From Takakia lepidozioides (taxonomy: Eukaryota > Plantae > Bryophyta): a DNA stretch of 64,000 bases. The notes beneath the pieces are model-generated. The model was given only the letters and a program-made list of their open reading frames with translations. It ran no database searches and was not told where the DNA came from. Shown here in pieces: positions 63,201 to 64,000 of this stretch. Each line of letters opens with the position of its first letter. Position 1 is the first letter of the stretch. Where the stretch lies: the NCBI GenBank assembly GCA_030704615.1, contig CM060733.1, positions 40,176,001 to 40,240,000 of the forward strand, given 5' to 3'. The translations under genes and the position numbers were made by a program.

Positions 63201-64000
63201 GTTGACCTGTGGACGGCCTGTGCTGACTCGTGGAGGCACTGGTGGACTGCCTAAGGACTGGTATGTGGTCTTGAAGGCCGAATTTGAAGCTCGTGGAGGG
63301 CGGTTTGAGGAGTCTTCATGATATTCCCATGGTCATGCAAGTGAGGGAAGAGAGAGAGAGAATAGTGTTGGGATGAGGGCATGCTGGGGTTAGGCATTGC
63401 TTTAGCTTCTCTTCCTCGTAGTTTCCACCCTCTCATTAGGCCAAGACCTTTCCGTAGGTGGAGGCAAGAGTCAGTCCGGGTTTGGGCTGGGGTGTCCTTG
63501 CAGGAGCAACACCGTGGAGTTGTTTTGGTGTGGGGGAGTTGTCGTTCTGATTTCTTGTGTTTGGATCCCTCCATACCTGCATGCTTGACTGTGCGCCATG
63601 CTAGTTTTGTGTGGGCGCTTGTTTTTATAGGTGATTGGTCCGGATTTGATCACCGGCCAGTCCTAGAGCATGCTGTCGATGGTGAGGCTGGGGTGATGAC
63701 CAGCCAGACCATCATTGTGTCTCCTTTGGTGAGGTTGGAGGTAATGACCAGCCAACCATAGGAGTGCTTGTGGTGGATGCAGGTACAGGTGTAGGCTATG
63801 TTAGGAACTTAGTATTCCAAACCATAAGCCGCAACAGGTTCTCTACCCGGTTACCTTGTGGAGAGGGGGTTAGGGACATGTTCATGACCGGTTGAGTGTC
63901 AACACGGAGGTGCCACTAGTTGCTGGGGACAGTGCCGGTTCGAGCACTAGCGATACTAGTGGTACATGAGACGAGGTGTGCGGTTTAGGCCACCTTCACC

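Noticed and set aside
62640-63239. 199-aa and 129-aa His/Ser/Pro-rich ORFs
   Set aside because: Translation of the GGCTGTGA minisatellite.

Overview
Eukaryotic nuclear DNA from a land plant: GT-AG introns, a plastid-targeted ribosomal protein gene and teloboxes. The TE repertoire suggests a non-seed plant such as a bryophyte or lycophyte (inference). There are three zones. (1) 1-4.6 kb: a WRC-domain gene, then a 500-N gap. (2) About 5-42 kb: a nested transposon cluster. It holds Ty3/gypsy gag and integrase relics and two copies of one LTR. A Penelope-like RT relic is cleanly interrupted by a 13.9-kb Mutator-like element (15888-29814; TIRs plus a 10-11-bp target duplication). A LINE 3' end and a CACTA-like relic with an associated SET domain follow. 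(3) 43-59.4 kb: four intact housekeeping genes (mitochondrial HSP70, plastid RPL3, RPS19, NUP62), then repeat-rich TE-like DNA. The best candidate for an undescribed system is the MULE. Besides its DDE/SWIM transposase it carries a divergent, intron-containing gene fusing a ParB/Srx-like domain (VWDGNHRL) to a beta-class amino-DNA-methyltransferase-like domain. It also has three arrays built on the palindrome GAAATTCGGCGCCGAATTTC or one-arm variants of it, including a central inverted repeat over 1 kb. Domain calls are by motif recognition only; no searches were run.
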